Positions 17,859 to 26,827 of a DNA stretch of 62,375 nt are shown piece by piece. Location of the stretch: the NCBI GenBank assembly GCA_043819795.1, contig JBDREN010000190.1, forward strand, positions 1-62,375. Direction: 5' to 3'. Under the pieces are notes generated by a model. That model searched no databases. It saw only the letters and a program-made list of their open reading frames with translations, and was not told the origin of the DNA. Each line of letters opens with the position of its first letter. The stretch's first letter is position 1. This DNA comes from Elusimicrobiota bacterium. GTDB taxonomy: Bacteria > Elusimicrobiota > Elusimicrobia > UBA1565. A program made the position numbers and the translations under genes.

Positions 17859-18917
17859 TCAGCCGGCCTGGGCCGACACGCCCTCGGGCTGCTTCTCGGA
17901 CGCGGGGCCGCCCTCGCCGCGGAGGCGCTGGAGCTCGTCCAGGAACGCCGGGACGACCTTGTAAACGTCGCCCTGGACCGCGTACGTGGCCAGCTTCATC
18001 ATCGGACAGTCCGGATCGGTGTTGACCGCCACGATGATGTCGCTCGAGTTCATCCCCGCGAGGTGCTGGATCTGGCCCGAGATGCCGCACGCCACGTAGA
18101 GCTTCGGCCGAACCGAGCGTCCGGTCAAGCCGACCTGGTGCTTGTACGGGATCCAGCCCGCGTCGACGGCCGCTCGGCTCGCGCCGACGGCCGCGCCGAG
18201 GGACTTGGCCAGCTTGCGGAGCAGCTCGAAGCCCTCCGCCTTCCCCAGCCCGCGTCCCCCGGCGACGATCCTCTCGGCGCCCCCCATGTCGATCTCGCCG
18301 GATTCGTCGGGGCTAGACGAGACGAACTCGCTCTTGAGCGACCAGGACGCCGGATCGACGTCCGCCCCGGCGATCTCGGCCTTCACGCCGGACTTCCCGC
18401 TGCGCTCGAAGGCCATGGGGCGCACCGTCGCCATCTCCGGGCCCGAGACCGCCTTGACCAGGACCTTCGCGATCACGTTGCCGGCGTACGATGAACGCGT
18501 GAGCACCAGCCGCTTCTGGTCGTCGACCTCGATGCCGATGGCCTCCGCCCCCAGGCCCGACTTGAGCGCCACCGCGAGCCGCGGCGCGAGGGACCGGCCG
18601 TAGATCGTGGCCGGAAGCAGGATCGTCCGGGGCTTCTCGGCCTCGGCCGCTTTCGCCAGGGCCGCGGAGTAGGCCTCGTCGAGGAAGTCCGCCAGCGCGT
18701 CATGCTCGAGCGTCAGGACCCGATCGGCGCCCCGTTCGGCGACCTCGCTCGCCGACTGAGCGAGCCCCTTCCCGACCAGGACGGCCGTGACCGTCTCCGA
18801 CCCGCGGGCGCCGGCGATCTTGCGCGCGGCGCTCAGCAGCTCGAATATGGTGGGAGCGATGCTCCCGCGACGGGTCTCCGCGATGCACCAAATCCCCTTC
18901 CCTTCGTAGTCACCCAT
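17859..18917 (-). CDS. etfA: Electron transfer flavoprotein alpha subunit
   Basis: GGRG, GASRAAVDAGW, QVGLTG..V.PKLY.A.GISGQIQH..GM. Confidence 0.95.
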   Translation of the reverse strand: MGDYEGKGIWCIAETRRGSIAPTIFELLSAARKIAGARGSETVTAVLVGKGLAQSASEVAERGADRVLTLEHDALADFLDEAYSAALAKAAEAEKPRTILLPATIYGRSLAPRLAVALKSGLGAEAIGIEVDDQKRLVLTRSSYAGNVIAKVLVKAVSGPEMATVRPMAFERSGKSGVKAEIAGADVDPASWSLKSEFVSSSPDESGEIDMGGAERIVAGGRGLGKAEGFELLRKLAKSLGAAVGASRAAVDAGWIPYKHQVGLTGRSVRPKLYVACGISGQIQHLAGMNSSDIIVAVNTDPDCPMMKLATYAVQGDVYKVVPAFLDELQRLRGEGGPASEKQPEGVSAQAG

Positions 18918-18926
18918 GATGCCCCC

Positions 18927-19736
18927 CTAAACCAGCTTCGCTTCCTTCAGCTTCTCGGCCAGGTGCTTCGCCTTCTCCTCGGGCGTCTCTCCCGGGATCA
19001 CGGCGCCTGCGGGCCGCGACGGGACCGGGGAGAGATCGACCACTTCCGTCAGCGAGCCGCTCTTGCCGACCGCCCCGGCCTCGATGCCGAGCTCCGCCGC
19101 GCCCCATTTGGGGACCTGGGCCTTCCGGGCCGCCATCTTCCCCCTCAAAGACGGCAACCGAGGCTCGTTGATCTCCTTCGTGACGCCGACGACCGCCGGG
19201 AGCTTGAGCTTCAGGGTGTCCACTCCGTCCTCCGTAAGGCGCTCGACGACGATCTCCGAGTCCGAGATCTCGACGATCTTGCGCACGGACGTCACGCTCG
19301 GGACGCCCAGCCACGCGGCGACCTCCGCGGTCATGTGGCCGGACTCCCCGTCGCTGGTCTGCTTCCCGAAGAGCACCAGGTGGATGCCCCCCTTGTCCTC
19401 CCCGAGCTTCTTGAGAGCCCGCGAGAGGATGTGGGAGCTCGCCCACGTGTCGGAGCCCGCGAACGCCGGATCCGACACCAGGACTCCCTCGTCGCAGCCG
19501 ACCGAGAGCGCCGCGCGGACGACCTGGTCCGACTCCGGCCCGCCGGCGCTGAGAACGCAGACCTTGGACCCCGCGACCTTCTCCTTGATGCGGAGGGCCT
19601 CTTCGACGGCGTACTCGTCGAGGGGGTTTATGGCGTGCGGAAGGCCCTGGGTCTTGACCTGCCCGGTCTGGGAGTCCAGGGCGACGCTCGTGGAGGCGGG
19701 CGTCCTCTTGACGCATACGAAGATGTTGAGCGCCAT
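18927..19736 (-). CDS. etfB: Electron transfer flavoprotein beta subunit
   Basis: CVK, INPLDEYAVEEAL, GSDT, GKQ..DG, NEPR.PS. Confidence 0.95.
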   Translation of the reverse strand: MALNIFVCVKRTPASTSVALDSQTGQVKTQGLPHAINPLDEYAVEEALRIKEKVAGSKVCVLSAGGPESDQVVRAALSVGCDEGVLVSDPAFAGSDTWASSHILSRALKKLGEDKGGIHLVLFGKQTSDGESGHMTAEVAAWLGVPSVTSVRKIVEISDSEIVVERLTEDGVDTLKLKLPAVVGVTKEINEPRLPSLRGKMAARKAQVPKWGAAELGIEAGAVGKSGSLTEVVDLSPVPSRPAGAVIPGETPEEKAKHLAEKLKEAKLV

Positions 19737-20983
19737 CAGGCCGCCACGGCCTCGCGCTTCGCGCCGGAGGCCGCCTCCTTGATGATCATCATCGCGATCT
19801 CATTGCGCTGGATCTGGTTCGTCCCCTCGTAGATCTGGGTGATCTTGGCGTCGCGCATGTACTTCTCGACAGGGAAGTCGCGCATGTAGCCGATGCCTCC
19901 GCACATCTGGACGCAGTCGGTGGCCACCTTCATCGCCGTGTCCGAGCAGAACACCTTGACCATCGCCGACTCCTTGGTCCAGCGCCCGGCGCCGAGCTTC
20001 TTCATCGCCGCGTTCACGGTGATCCCCTCCTTCACGGCCATCTTCACGGCCGGGACCAGGTCGCCGTCCATGCAGCGTACGGTGTTATAGAGCAGCGAAC
20101 GGGCCGCCTCGATCTGCGTGGCGCAATCGGCGATCATGTGCCCGATCGCCTGGAAGCTCGAGATCGGGACCCCGAACTGCTTGCGCTGGCGGATGTAGGA
20201 AAGCGTCTCGTCGAGCGCCCCCTGGGCGATGCCCAGGGCCTGGGCGCCGACGCCGGGGCGCGACAGGTCGAAGGTCCCCTGGGCCACGAAGAGCCCGTGG
20301 CCCTCCTTGGCGAGGAGGTTCTCCTTGGGGACGCGGCAGTCCTGGAAGACGAGCTCGTAGGTCGGGTTGGCCCGGATGCCCATCTTCAACTCCTTCTTGC
20401 CGAAGGAGAATCCCGGCGTGCCCTTCTCCACGACGAAGGCGCTGATGCCGCGCGCGCCCCGCTTCGGGTTCGTGCTCGCGAAAATGGTGTAGATCTCGGA
20501 CACCTCTCCCGAGGAGCAGAAGTTCTTGACCCCGTTGAGGACGTAATGGTCGCCGTCCAGCACGGCCGTCGCCTTCATGGACGTGGCGTCCGACCCGGAG
20601 CCGGGCTCCGTGATGCAGAAGGCGCCGATCTTCTCGCCCGAGGCCAGAGGGGTCAAGAAGCGCTTGCGCTGGTCGGGGTTCCCGAACAGGAGGATCGGCA
20701 GCGCGCACAGCGACGAGGTCATCGCGGAAAGGGCCACCCCGGAGCAGACCCGCGAGAGCTGCTCGGCGACGAGGATCAGCTCGAAGTTGCCTCCGCCGAG
20801 GCCGCCGTACTCCTCGGGCAGATAGACCCCGAAGAGGTCCGCCTTCCGGATCTCCTCGATGGCCTCCCACGCGAACTCTTCGCTCTCGTCGTACTTCGCC
20901 CGGACCGGCTTGAGCTTCTTCTCCGCGACCTCCCTTGTTAGGGCGACGATCTCCTTCTGGGTTTCGGTCAGTCCATAGTCCAT
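19736..20983 (-). CDS. Acyl-CoA dehydrogenase (butyryl-CoA dehydrogenase-like)
   Basis: TEPGSGSDA, KMGIRA, RKQFG, GG.GY..D.PVE..MRDAKITQIYEGTNQIQR. Confidence 0.95.
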   Translation of the reverse strand: MDYGLTETQKEIVALTREVAEKKLKPVRAKYDESEEFAWEAIEEIRKADLFGVYLPEEYGGLGGGNFELILVAEQLSRVCSGVALSAMTSSLCALPILLFGNPDQRKRFLTPLASGEKIGAFCITEPGSGSDATSMKATAVLDGDHYVLNGVKNFCSSGEVSEIYTIFASTNPKRGARGISAFVVEKGTPGFSFGKKELKMGIRANPTYELVFQDCRVPKENLLAKEGHGLFVAQGTFDLSRPGVGAQALGIAQGALDETLSYIRQRKQFGVPISSFQAIGHMIADCATQIEAARSLLYNTVRCMDGDLVPAVKMAVKEGITVNAAMKKLGAGRWTKESAMVKVFCSDTAMKVATDCVQMCGGIGYMRDFPVEKYMRDAKITQIYEGTNQIQRNEIAMMIIKEAASGAKREAVAA

Positions 20984-20996
20984 GGCTTCTCTCCTA

Positions 20997-21659
20997 TTAT
21001 AAGCGCTTGAATCGCTTCAAAGCGTCGCTGGCCGCCGCCTGCTCCGCCTCCTTCTTGGTCTTGCCGTGCCCGGTGCCATAGATGCGCGACCCCATCCGCA
21101 CCTTGACCGAGAAGGTCTTGTCGTGCTCGGGTCCGCTGGCCTTCACCAGGACATACTCCGGCGGGACCTTGTGCCGCTTCTGCACCATCTCCTGGAAACG
21201 GCTCTTGAAATCCCTCTCGACGAAAGCGTCCCTCTCGTCGAGGAAGCAGGCGTGGATGACCCGGCTGGCCGCCGCGAAACCCCCGTCGACATAGACGGCG
21301 CCGATCAGGGCCTCGAGGGCGTTGGCGAGTATGCTCGGGCGCCGGCGCCCGCCGGTCGCCTCCTCGCCCGAGCCCAAAAGAACATACCGGCCCAGGTCGA
21401 TGCGGTCGGCCCAACCCGCCAGCGTGGGCCGAGAGACGAGCGCCGCCTTCCTCTTGGACAGGCGCCCCTCGTCCTCGCCGGGATACTCGTCGAAGAGGAC
21501 ACGGGCCACCACCACCGCCAGCACGCTGTCGCCGAGGAACTCCAGGCGCTCGTTGTGCTCGCTCGTCCCCTTCTCGTAGGCGCGCGACTTGTGCGTCACG
21601 GCCTCTCGAAGGAGCCGATCGTCGCGAAAGCGATAGCCGATCGCGTCCTCTATGGACAT
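20997..21659 (-). CDS. rnc: Ribonuclease III
   Basis: NERLEFLGDSVL signature, EALIGA.Y.D, dsRBD KK.AEQ.AA. Confidence 0.96.
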   Translation of the reverse strand: MSIEDAIGYRFRDDRLLREAVTHKSRAYEKGTSEHNERLEFLGDSVLAVVVARVLFDEYPGEDEGRLSKRKAALVSRPTLAGWADRIDLGRYVLLGSGEEATGGRRRPSILANALEALIGAVYVDGGFAAASRVIHACFLDERDAFVERDFKSRFQEMVQKRHKVPPEYVLVKASGPEHDKTFSVKVRMGSRIYGTGHGKTKKEAEQAAASDALKRFKRL

Positions 21660-21759
21660 CCTGACAGCCCCCGCGGGGGCCGCCGCCCTCCGGGGGGGGC
21701 CCTCATCCATAAGGGCTATCCCCCCACCGGCGCAGGCCTCCCATCGGGGAGGCCTGAGG

Positions 21760-22005
21760 TCACTTCTTCGCGTTGGCCTTGATGTACTCGATCGCCTGGC
21801 CGACGGTCTGGATCTTCTCGGCCTGCTCGTCCGGGATCTCGGTGTCGAACTCCTCTTCCAAGGCCATGACCAGCTCGACTGTGTCGAGAGAGTCGGCCCC
21901 GAGGTCGTTGACGAAATGGGCGGCCGCGGTCACTTCGGCGGCGTCCACTCCCAGCTGCTCGACGATGATCTTCCTTACTCTGTCCTCGTAGTTGTTCTCA
22001 GCCAT
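21760..22005 (-). CDS. acpP: Acyl carrier protein
   Basis: [12 protein letters not shown]. Confidence 0.97.
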   Translation of the reverse strand: MAENNYEDRVRKIIVEQLGVDAAEVTAAAHFVNDLGADSLDTVELVMALEEEFDTEIPDEQAEKIQTVGQAIEYIKANAKK

Positions 22006-22035
22006 GCTTGTTTATTCCTCCAGAGTACTGCGCGC

Positions 22036-22821
22036 TCAAAGCTGCCTGCCTCCGTCGACGACGATCACCTGGCCGGTGATGTAGGAAGATTCGTCGGACG
22101 CCAGGAACACCACGACGTTCGCGATCTCTACGGGCTCCCCCATCCGGCCCAGGACGATGCGCTCCTTCAGCATCTTCTTGGGCTCATCCGGAATGACGTC
22201 CGTCATCCGCGTATGGATGAAACCCGGGGCGATCGCGTTCACCAAGATCTTTCGCGAGGCGAACTCCTTCGCGCAGGCCTTCGTGAAGCCGATGACCCCG
22301 GCCTTGGACGCGGCGTAGTTCGCCTGTCCGGCGTTCCCCTCCAGGCCCACGACCGATGAGATATTGATGATGCGCCCGGCGTGCGCCCGAAGCATCGGGC
22401 GGATGGCGGCCTTGGTGAAGAGGAAGGCCCCCTTCAGGTTCACGCCGAGGACGGCGTCCCAGTCCTCCTCGGACATGCGCATGAGGAGGTTGTCCTTCGT
22501 GATCCCCGCGTTGTTCACCAGCACGTCGATCTTCCCGAACTTCTCGACGGCGGCCTTGACCACGGCGTCGCACGCCGCCTTATCGGTCACGTTCGCGGCG
22601 ACCCCGAGGGTCTCGGCGTTGTACTTGGAGGCGATCTCATCGGCGACCCGCTTCACGTCCTCCTCGCCCAAGTCCACGACGACGACTTTCGCGCCCTCCT
22701 GAGCCATGCGCTCCGCGGTCGCGCGTCCGATACCCAAAGCGCTGCCGGTGATGATGGCGACTTTATCCTTGAGTCGCTTGCCCGTTGATTCCAGTGTCGC
22801 GGTCTTCTCTTCGACGGTCAT
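22036..22821 (-). CDS. fabG: 3-oxoacyl-ACP reductase
   Basis: TG...GIG, NNAGITKDNL..RM, GQANYAASKAG. Confidence 0.95.
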   Translation of the reverse strand: MTVEEKTATLESTGKRLKDKVAIITGSALGIGRATAERMAQEGAKVVVVDLGEEDVKRVADEIASKYNAETLGVAANVTDKAACDAVVKAAVEKFGKIDVLVNNAGITKDNLLMRMSEEDWDAVLGVNLKGAFLFTKAAIRPMLRAHAGRIINISSVVGLEGNAGQANYAASKAGVIGFTKACAKEFASRKILVNAIAPGFIHTRMTDVIPDEPKKMLKERIVLGRMGEPVEIANVVVFLASDESSYITGQVIVVDGGRQL

Positions 22822-22833
22822 AATAGCCCTCGC

Positions 22834-23970
22834 TTATTCGATTGTTCTCGCAAACTCCATGCTCGACTTGATGTCATCGAGACGCTCTTGCAGCCTCTCG
22901 TGCACGTCCGAACCCGCGAGCCGCGCCGCGGTGCGGATCGCCGAGGCGACCGCCTCGTGGCCTCCCGGGTCCCGGCAAAGGACCGCCGGCCCTCCGACTC
23001 CCAAGAGCGGCTCTCCGCCCGCTCCTATGGCGCCTTGAGCCGTTTCGACCCGGCGTAAGGCGCCCCGCGCCAGCGTGCCGCCCATCCTGGCGGCCAGGCC
23101 CGATCCGATTTCCGATTTTAGCATTTCGGAATACGCGTCCGACAACCCCCGCATGAGTCTCACGATGATGTCGCCGGTGGCCCCGTCGGTGACGATCACG
23201 TCCGCGGCCCCCGTGGGGATCTCGTCCGCCCGCATCGTTCCCCGGAAATCTATCCCGGAGTATTTGAGCAGGGGCAGCGCCTCGCGGACAAGCTCTCCCC
23301 CGCCCCCCTCCACCGTCCCGGCGACCAGCATCCGCACCGACGGACGGGCGATCCCTCCCGCGCGATGGGCGTAGACGGCGCCCATGAGCGCGAACTGCAG
23401 CAGGTGCCAGGGCTTGCACTCGATACACGCGCCGGCGTCCACCAGCAGGCTGCTTCCGCCGCGCGACGGCAACGGACACGCCAAGGCGGGCTTCAGGACG
23501 CCGCGCACGCGCTTCATGTGCCACAACGACGCCGCCACGACGACGGCCGGCTCCGCGACGGAAACGAGCGCGTCGGCCCGTTTGTCCGCGACGCTTTCGG
23601 CGGCGCGCATGACTGAGGCGTCCGGTTTCTCCCTGCACGCCGCCGATGGATCCTCGTCCGCCGAGACGACGTTCGGGGCGTCGTGGACCGATATCCCGGA
23701 GGCCGCGCCCAAAGCCTCGGAGGCGGGCCGCTTCCCAACAGCGTCTGGAAGCGGCATTTCCTCGCATAAGGGCTCGGTCACACTTCCTCGGGTTATCCCT
23801 CGGTCGGTCGCGCCGTCTCCGTCCGCGCCGAGCAGACGCAGCTCCCCGCGCAAGGCCTCCTCCGGACCGAAGAGCAGGACCTCGTGGCCCTCCTCCCTTG
23901 CCGCCCGGAGAGCGCCCTCCACGATGCACCGGAACGATCCCGCGCCCGCCGCGTCGACGGCGACGCGCAT
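22834..23970 (-). CDS. plsX: Divergent phosphate acyltransferase PlsX with in-frame repeat-derived insertion
   Basis: Position after rpmF; MRVAVDA, PA.A..LP, D.GA, L.QFA.MG..YA, DV.VTDG.TG; several consensus residues altered. Confidence 0.8.
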   Translation of the reverse strand: MRVAVDAAGAGSFRCIVEGALRAAREEGHEVLLFGPEEALRGELRLLGADGDGATDRGITRGSVTEPLCEEMPLPDAVGKRPASEALGAASGISVHDAPNVVSADEDPSAACREKPDASVMRAAESVADKRADALVSVAEPAVVVAASLWHMKRVRGVLKPALACPLPSRGGSSLLVDAGACIECKPWHLLQFALMGAVYAHRAGGIARPSVRMLVAGTVEGGGGELVREALPLLKYSGIDFRGTMRADEIPTGAADVIVTDGATGDIIVRLMRGLSDAYSEMLKSEIGSGLAARMGGTLARGALRRVETAQGAIGAGGEPLLGVGGPAVLCRDPGGHEAVASAIRTAARLAGSDVHERLQERLDDIKSSMEFARTIE

Positions 23971-23972
23971 CG

Positions 23973-24203
23973 CTACTCCTGCTTCTCCCCCGAACCCTCG
24001 GCCTGCTCTTTCTTGGACTTCTTGACCTTCGTCGGGACGACGAGCTTGCCGTCGTAGAATCCGCAGTGCCGGCAGACCCGGTGAGGGGTGTGCAGCTCTC
24101 CGCAGTTCGAGCATTTGCTGGAGCCGCCCACGTCCAGCTTCCAGTTCTGGGCGCGACGGGTGTCCCGGCGGTGGGCCGTGTGTTTTCGGTAGGGATTCCC
24201 CAT
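23973..24203 (-). CDS. rpmF: 50S ribosomal protein L32
   Basis: C..CG....HRVC..CG.Y zinc ribbon. Confidence 0.95.
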   Translation of the reverse strand: MGNPYRKHTAHRRDTRRAQNWKLDVGGSSKCSNCGELHTPHRVCRHCGFYDGKLVVPTKVKKSKKEQAEGSGEKQE

Positions 24204-24207
24204 GGTA

Positions 24208-24681
24208 TTACTCCTTGAGCTTCTTGAGCGCCTCGAAAGCGGCGGGGCGCGGGCTCCCGCATCCGCAGGGGCCTTCGTTCAGGTTCTTCCCGCACTGCGA
24301 GCACAGGCCCTCGCAGTCGGGACGGCAAAGAGAGCGCTGCGGCAGCTCCAGGAGCGCGGTCTGCCGCAGGTCCTCCCGGATGTCGATGGTCTCCAGCGCG
24401 AGCGCGTAGGTCTCGTCCATCTCGGCCTCGAACGCGACGCGGTGCTCGGCGAGGCAGCGGCCGCACGCCACCGTCCACGAGCCCGCCAGGCACGCCTGAA
24501 GGAGGATGCAATCGCCCCCGACCGAGAACTCCAGCCCCGCCGCGAAAGGCCCCCCCGGCATCGCGCCGCTCGGCGGCTCCGAGAACAGATCGGCGGGGAG
24601 GACGCTCAGAGAGACCTCCAGGCCGCCGCGCTCCCGGATCTCCCGAACGGAGAACTTCAGGTTCGCTCCGCAGCCGGTCAT
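24208..24681 (-). CDS. yceD: YceD/DUF177 protein
   Basis: C.RCL, LP...LC..DC.GLC..CG.NLN...C.C; upstream of rpmF. Confidence 0.92.
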   Translation of the reverse strand: MTGCGANLKFSVREIRERGGLEVSLSVLPADLFSEPPSGAMPGGPFAAGLEFSVGGDCILLQACLAGSWTVACGRCLAEHRVAFEAEMDETYALALETIDIREDLRQTALLELPQRSLCRPDCEGLCSQCGKNLNEGPCGCGSPRPAAFEALKKLKE

Positions 24682-25631
24682 TCGATGTTCAGGCGCTCCC
24701 GCACGAAGTAGGTCGGCTTCTCGCGCACGTCATAATAGATCCGGACCAGGATCTCGGCCAGCAACCCCATCAGAACCAGCTGGACACCCACAAGGCCGAA
24801 GAAGATGGACACCATGAACAGGGGCTGGTCTTTCACGAATACACCCAGACAGAACTTCTTGTAGAGGGTCACGGCCGCCATCGCGCCGCCGAGCAGGATC
24901 ATCAACACGCCGCCCCCGCCGAAGAGGTAGTTCGGCTTGGACAGGTATTCGTCCATGAATTTGACCGTCATGAGGTCCAGGACCACCTTGAAGGTCCGCG
25001 AGAGCCCGTATTTCGATTCTCCCCGCGTCCGCGGGCGGTGGTTGACGACCATCTCCGCGATGCGCGCCCCGCAGAACCCGGCGAACGCCGGGATGAAGCG
25101 ATGCATCTCCCCGTAGATGCGCAGGCCCTTAAGATACTCCGCCCGGTAAAGCTTGAGCGTGCAGCCGTAATCGTGAAGGCGGACGCCCGTCACCCGGGAG
25201 ATGATGGAGTTCGCGGCCTGAGACGGCAGGCGACGCGTCAGCCACTTATCTTGCCGGCGCTTGCGCCAGCCGCTCACCACGTCGTATCCTTCGTCCAGCT
25301 TCTCGAGCATCGCGGGGATGTCTCGCGGATCGTTCTGCAGGTCCGAATCCAGGCACCCGATGACCTCCCCGCGCGCGTGGGCGATCCCCGCGGCCATCGC
25401 GGCCGTCTGGCCGAAGTTCGTCCCCAGGCGCACGGCGCGGAAACGGCCGTCGGAGTCGACGAGCTTGCGGATCTCCCGGAAGGACCCGTCGGTCGAGCCG
25501 TCGTCCACCAGGACGACCTCGTAGTCCAGCCCGGGGAGGGCCTCCCGGATCTCCCGGCCCAGCTCGGCAAGATTCTCCTCCTCGTTGTAGACGGGGACGA
25601 GGATGCTCAGGTGCACGGACGGCCCAGCCAT
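24678..25631 (-). CDS. GT2 glycosyltransferase (ArnC/DPM-like, 2 C-terminal TM)
   Basis: P.YNEE, DDGSTDGS, NFGQTAA, DSDLQNDP.DI, GEMHRFIP. Confidence 0.92.
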   Translation of the reverse strand: MAGPSVHLSILVPVYNEEENLAELGREIREALPGLDYEVVLVDDGSTDGSFREIRKLVDSDGRFRAVRLGTNFGQTAAMAAGIAHARGEVIGCLDSDLQNDPRDIPAMLEKLDEGYDVVSGWRKRRQDKWLTRRLPSQAANSIISRVTGVRLHDYGCTLKLYRAEYLKGLRIYGEMHRFIPAFAGFCGARIAEMVVNHRPRTRGESKYGLSRTFKVVLDLMTVKFMDEYLSKPNYLFGGGGVLMILLGGAMAAVTLYKKFCLGVFVKDQPLFMVSIFFGLVGVQLVLMGLLAEILVRIYYDVREKPTYFVRERLNIE

Positions 25632-25816
25632 GGCTCGATTATCTTCAGGCCGCGACAGCCCCGCGGGCCGCGGGACTGCCAGCCTCACACTCCTTTCCTG
25701 ATAGGGCGCGGCGCTGGGCCCTCCGGGCCCTGTGCGCGCCTTGACCTTGCCCTCTCCGAATATGCGGAAAATTTGAGGATAAAGTAGCATTTTGCGGACA
25801 TGTCTGCAATCAAGCA

Positions 25817-25965
25817 CGCATCCCTTCCCTACGGGGAGGGATGCGTATGTGGGTGGGGGCCAGCAAGCGGTCCCCCGCAGGGGACCGCTTGACCGGGGGC
25901 TACCCCCCTACGTAAGCATCCCCCCGCGGGGGGGACTGCTGACATCCCGCACGGGAGGGACGCCT
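25817..25965. repeat. Cluster of CCCC(A/G)CGGGG-centred REP-like hairpins
   Basis: CGCATCCCTT..GAGGGATGCG (25817-25845) and AGCGGTCCCC..GGGGACCGCT (25864-25891) recur at 35165-35345. Confidence 0.8.
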
Positions 25966-26827
25966 ACGCCAGGAAGCGGCAGGGCATCCTTATTAAGGAA
26001 TCGGCGTCGGAAACGCCGAGCCGCATCGCGGGCCCGCAGTCTTTGCCCCGGAAGCGGAGCATGGAGTATTCGAGGGGCCGCGAAGGGTAGACCCGGAATA
26101 CCCTCGGCGGATCCGGGATCCCCTCGAAGGCGCGCAGCCCCCCGCTCACCAGGCCTTGGATCGTCTCGCGCGCCCGCTGATCTCGGCCGGGGAACAGGCC
26201 GAACCCGCGCCTGCGGTCGAGCTCGTCGGGGCGGACGGTCTGCAGGACGATCACGTCCCGGCAGCGTCCGAGCGCCGCGAAGCTCATCGGCTGGCCGCCC
26301 CGGGCGCCTCCGTCGACGCACGACCGGACGTATTCGCCGGTCCGGAGCCGGACCGGGGGCAGGATGCCCGGGGCCGAGCAGCTCGCGACCAGGTGGGCGC
26401 CGATCGGCGCGTCCCAGCCGCCACGCCCCCCCGGGGTGTAGCGCGCGTAGACGCGGGCGCCGTCCTCGCGGCACGTGCTGACAACGGTGAGCTCGCAACG
26501 CGCGTCCCGCCGGGCCCGTCGCTCGCCGCCTCCGCGGGATATGATCTCCCGGATCGACTCGTTTCCGAAGAGGCTCGGCGGCGAAAAGCGCGGCGAAAGG
26601 CGCAGGATGCGCGCCGCGTCGACGCGCCGCCATGTCTCCGCCAGGAGCTCCATCCTGTTGAGGCTGTAGGCGGCGGCGTTGAGCGAGCCGATGCTGAAAC
26701 CGAGCACGTGGTCGAGCTCGATGCCGTGGGCCGACGCCAGCCGGTCCAGGCAGCCGGCCTGCCAGGCGCAGAGGGAACCCCCTCCGGAAAGCACCATCCC
26801 TAGGGGGTTCCGGAACGGGCGGCTCAT
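25964..26827 (-). CDS. Patatin-like phospholipase
   Basis: LSGGG, GFSIG (GxSxG), AS...PG, DGG. Confidence 0.88.
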   Translation of the reverse strand: MSRPFRNPLGMVLSGGGSLCAWQAGCLDRLASAHGIELDHVLGFSIGSLNAAAYSLNRMELLAETWRRVDAARILRLSPRFSPPSLFGNESIREIISRGGGERRARRDARCELTVVSTCREDGARVYARYTPGGRGGWDAPIGAHLVASCSAPGILPPVRLRTGEYVRSCVDGGARGGQPMSFAALGRCRDVIVLQTVRPDELDRRRGFGLFPGRDQRARETIQGLVSGGLRAFEGIPDPPRVFRVYPSRPLEYSMLRFRGKDCGPAMRLGVSDADSLIRMPCRFLA

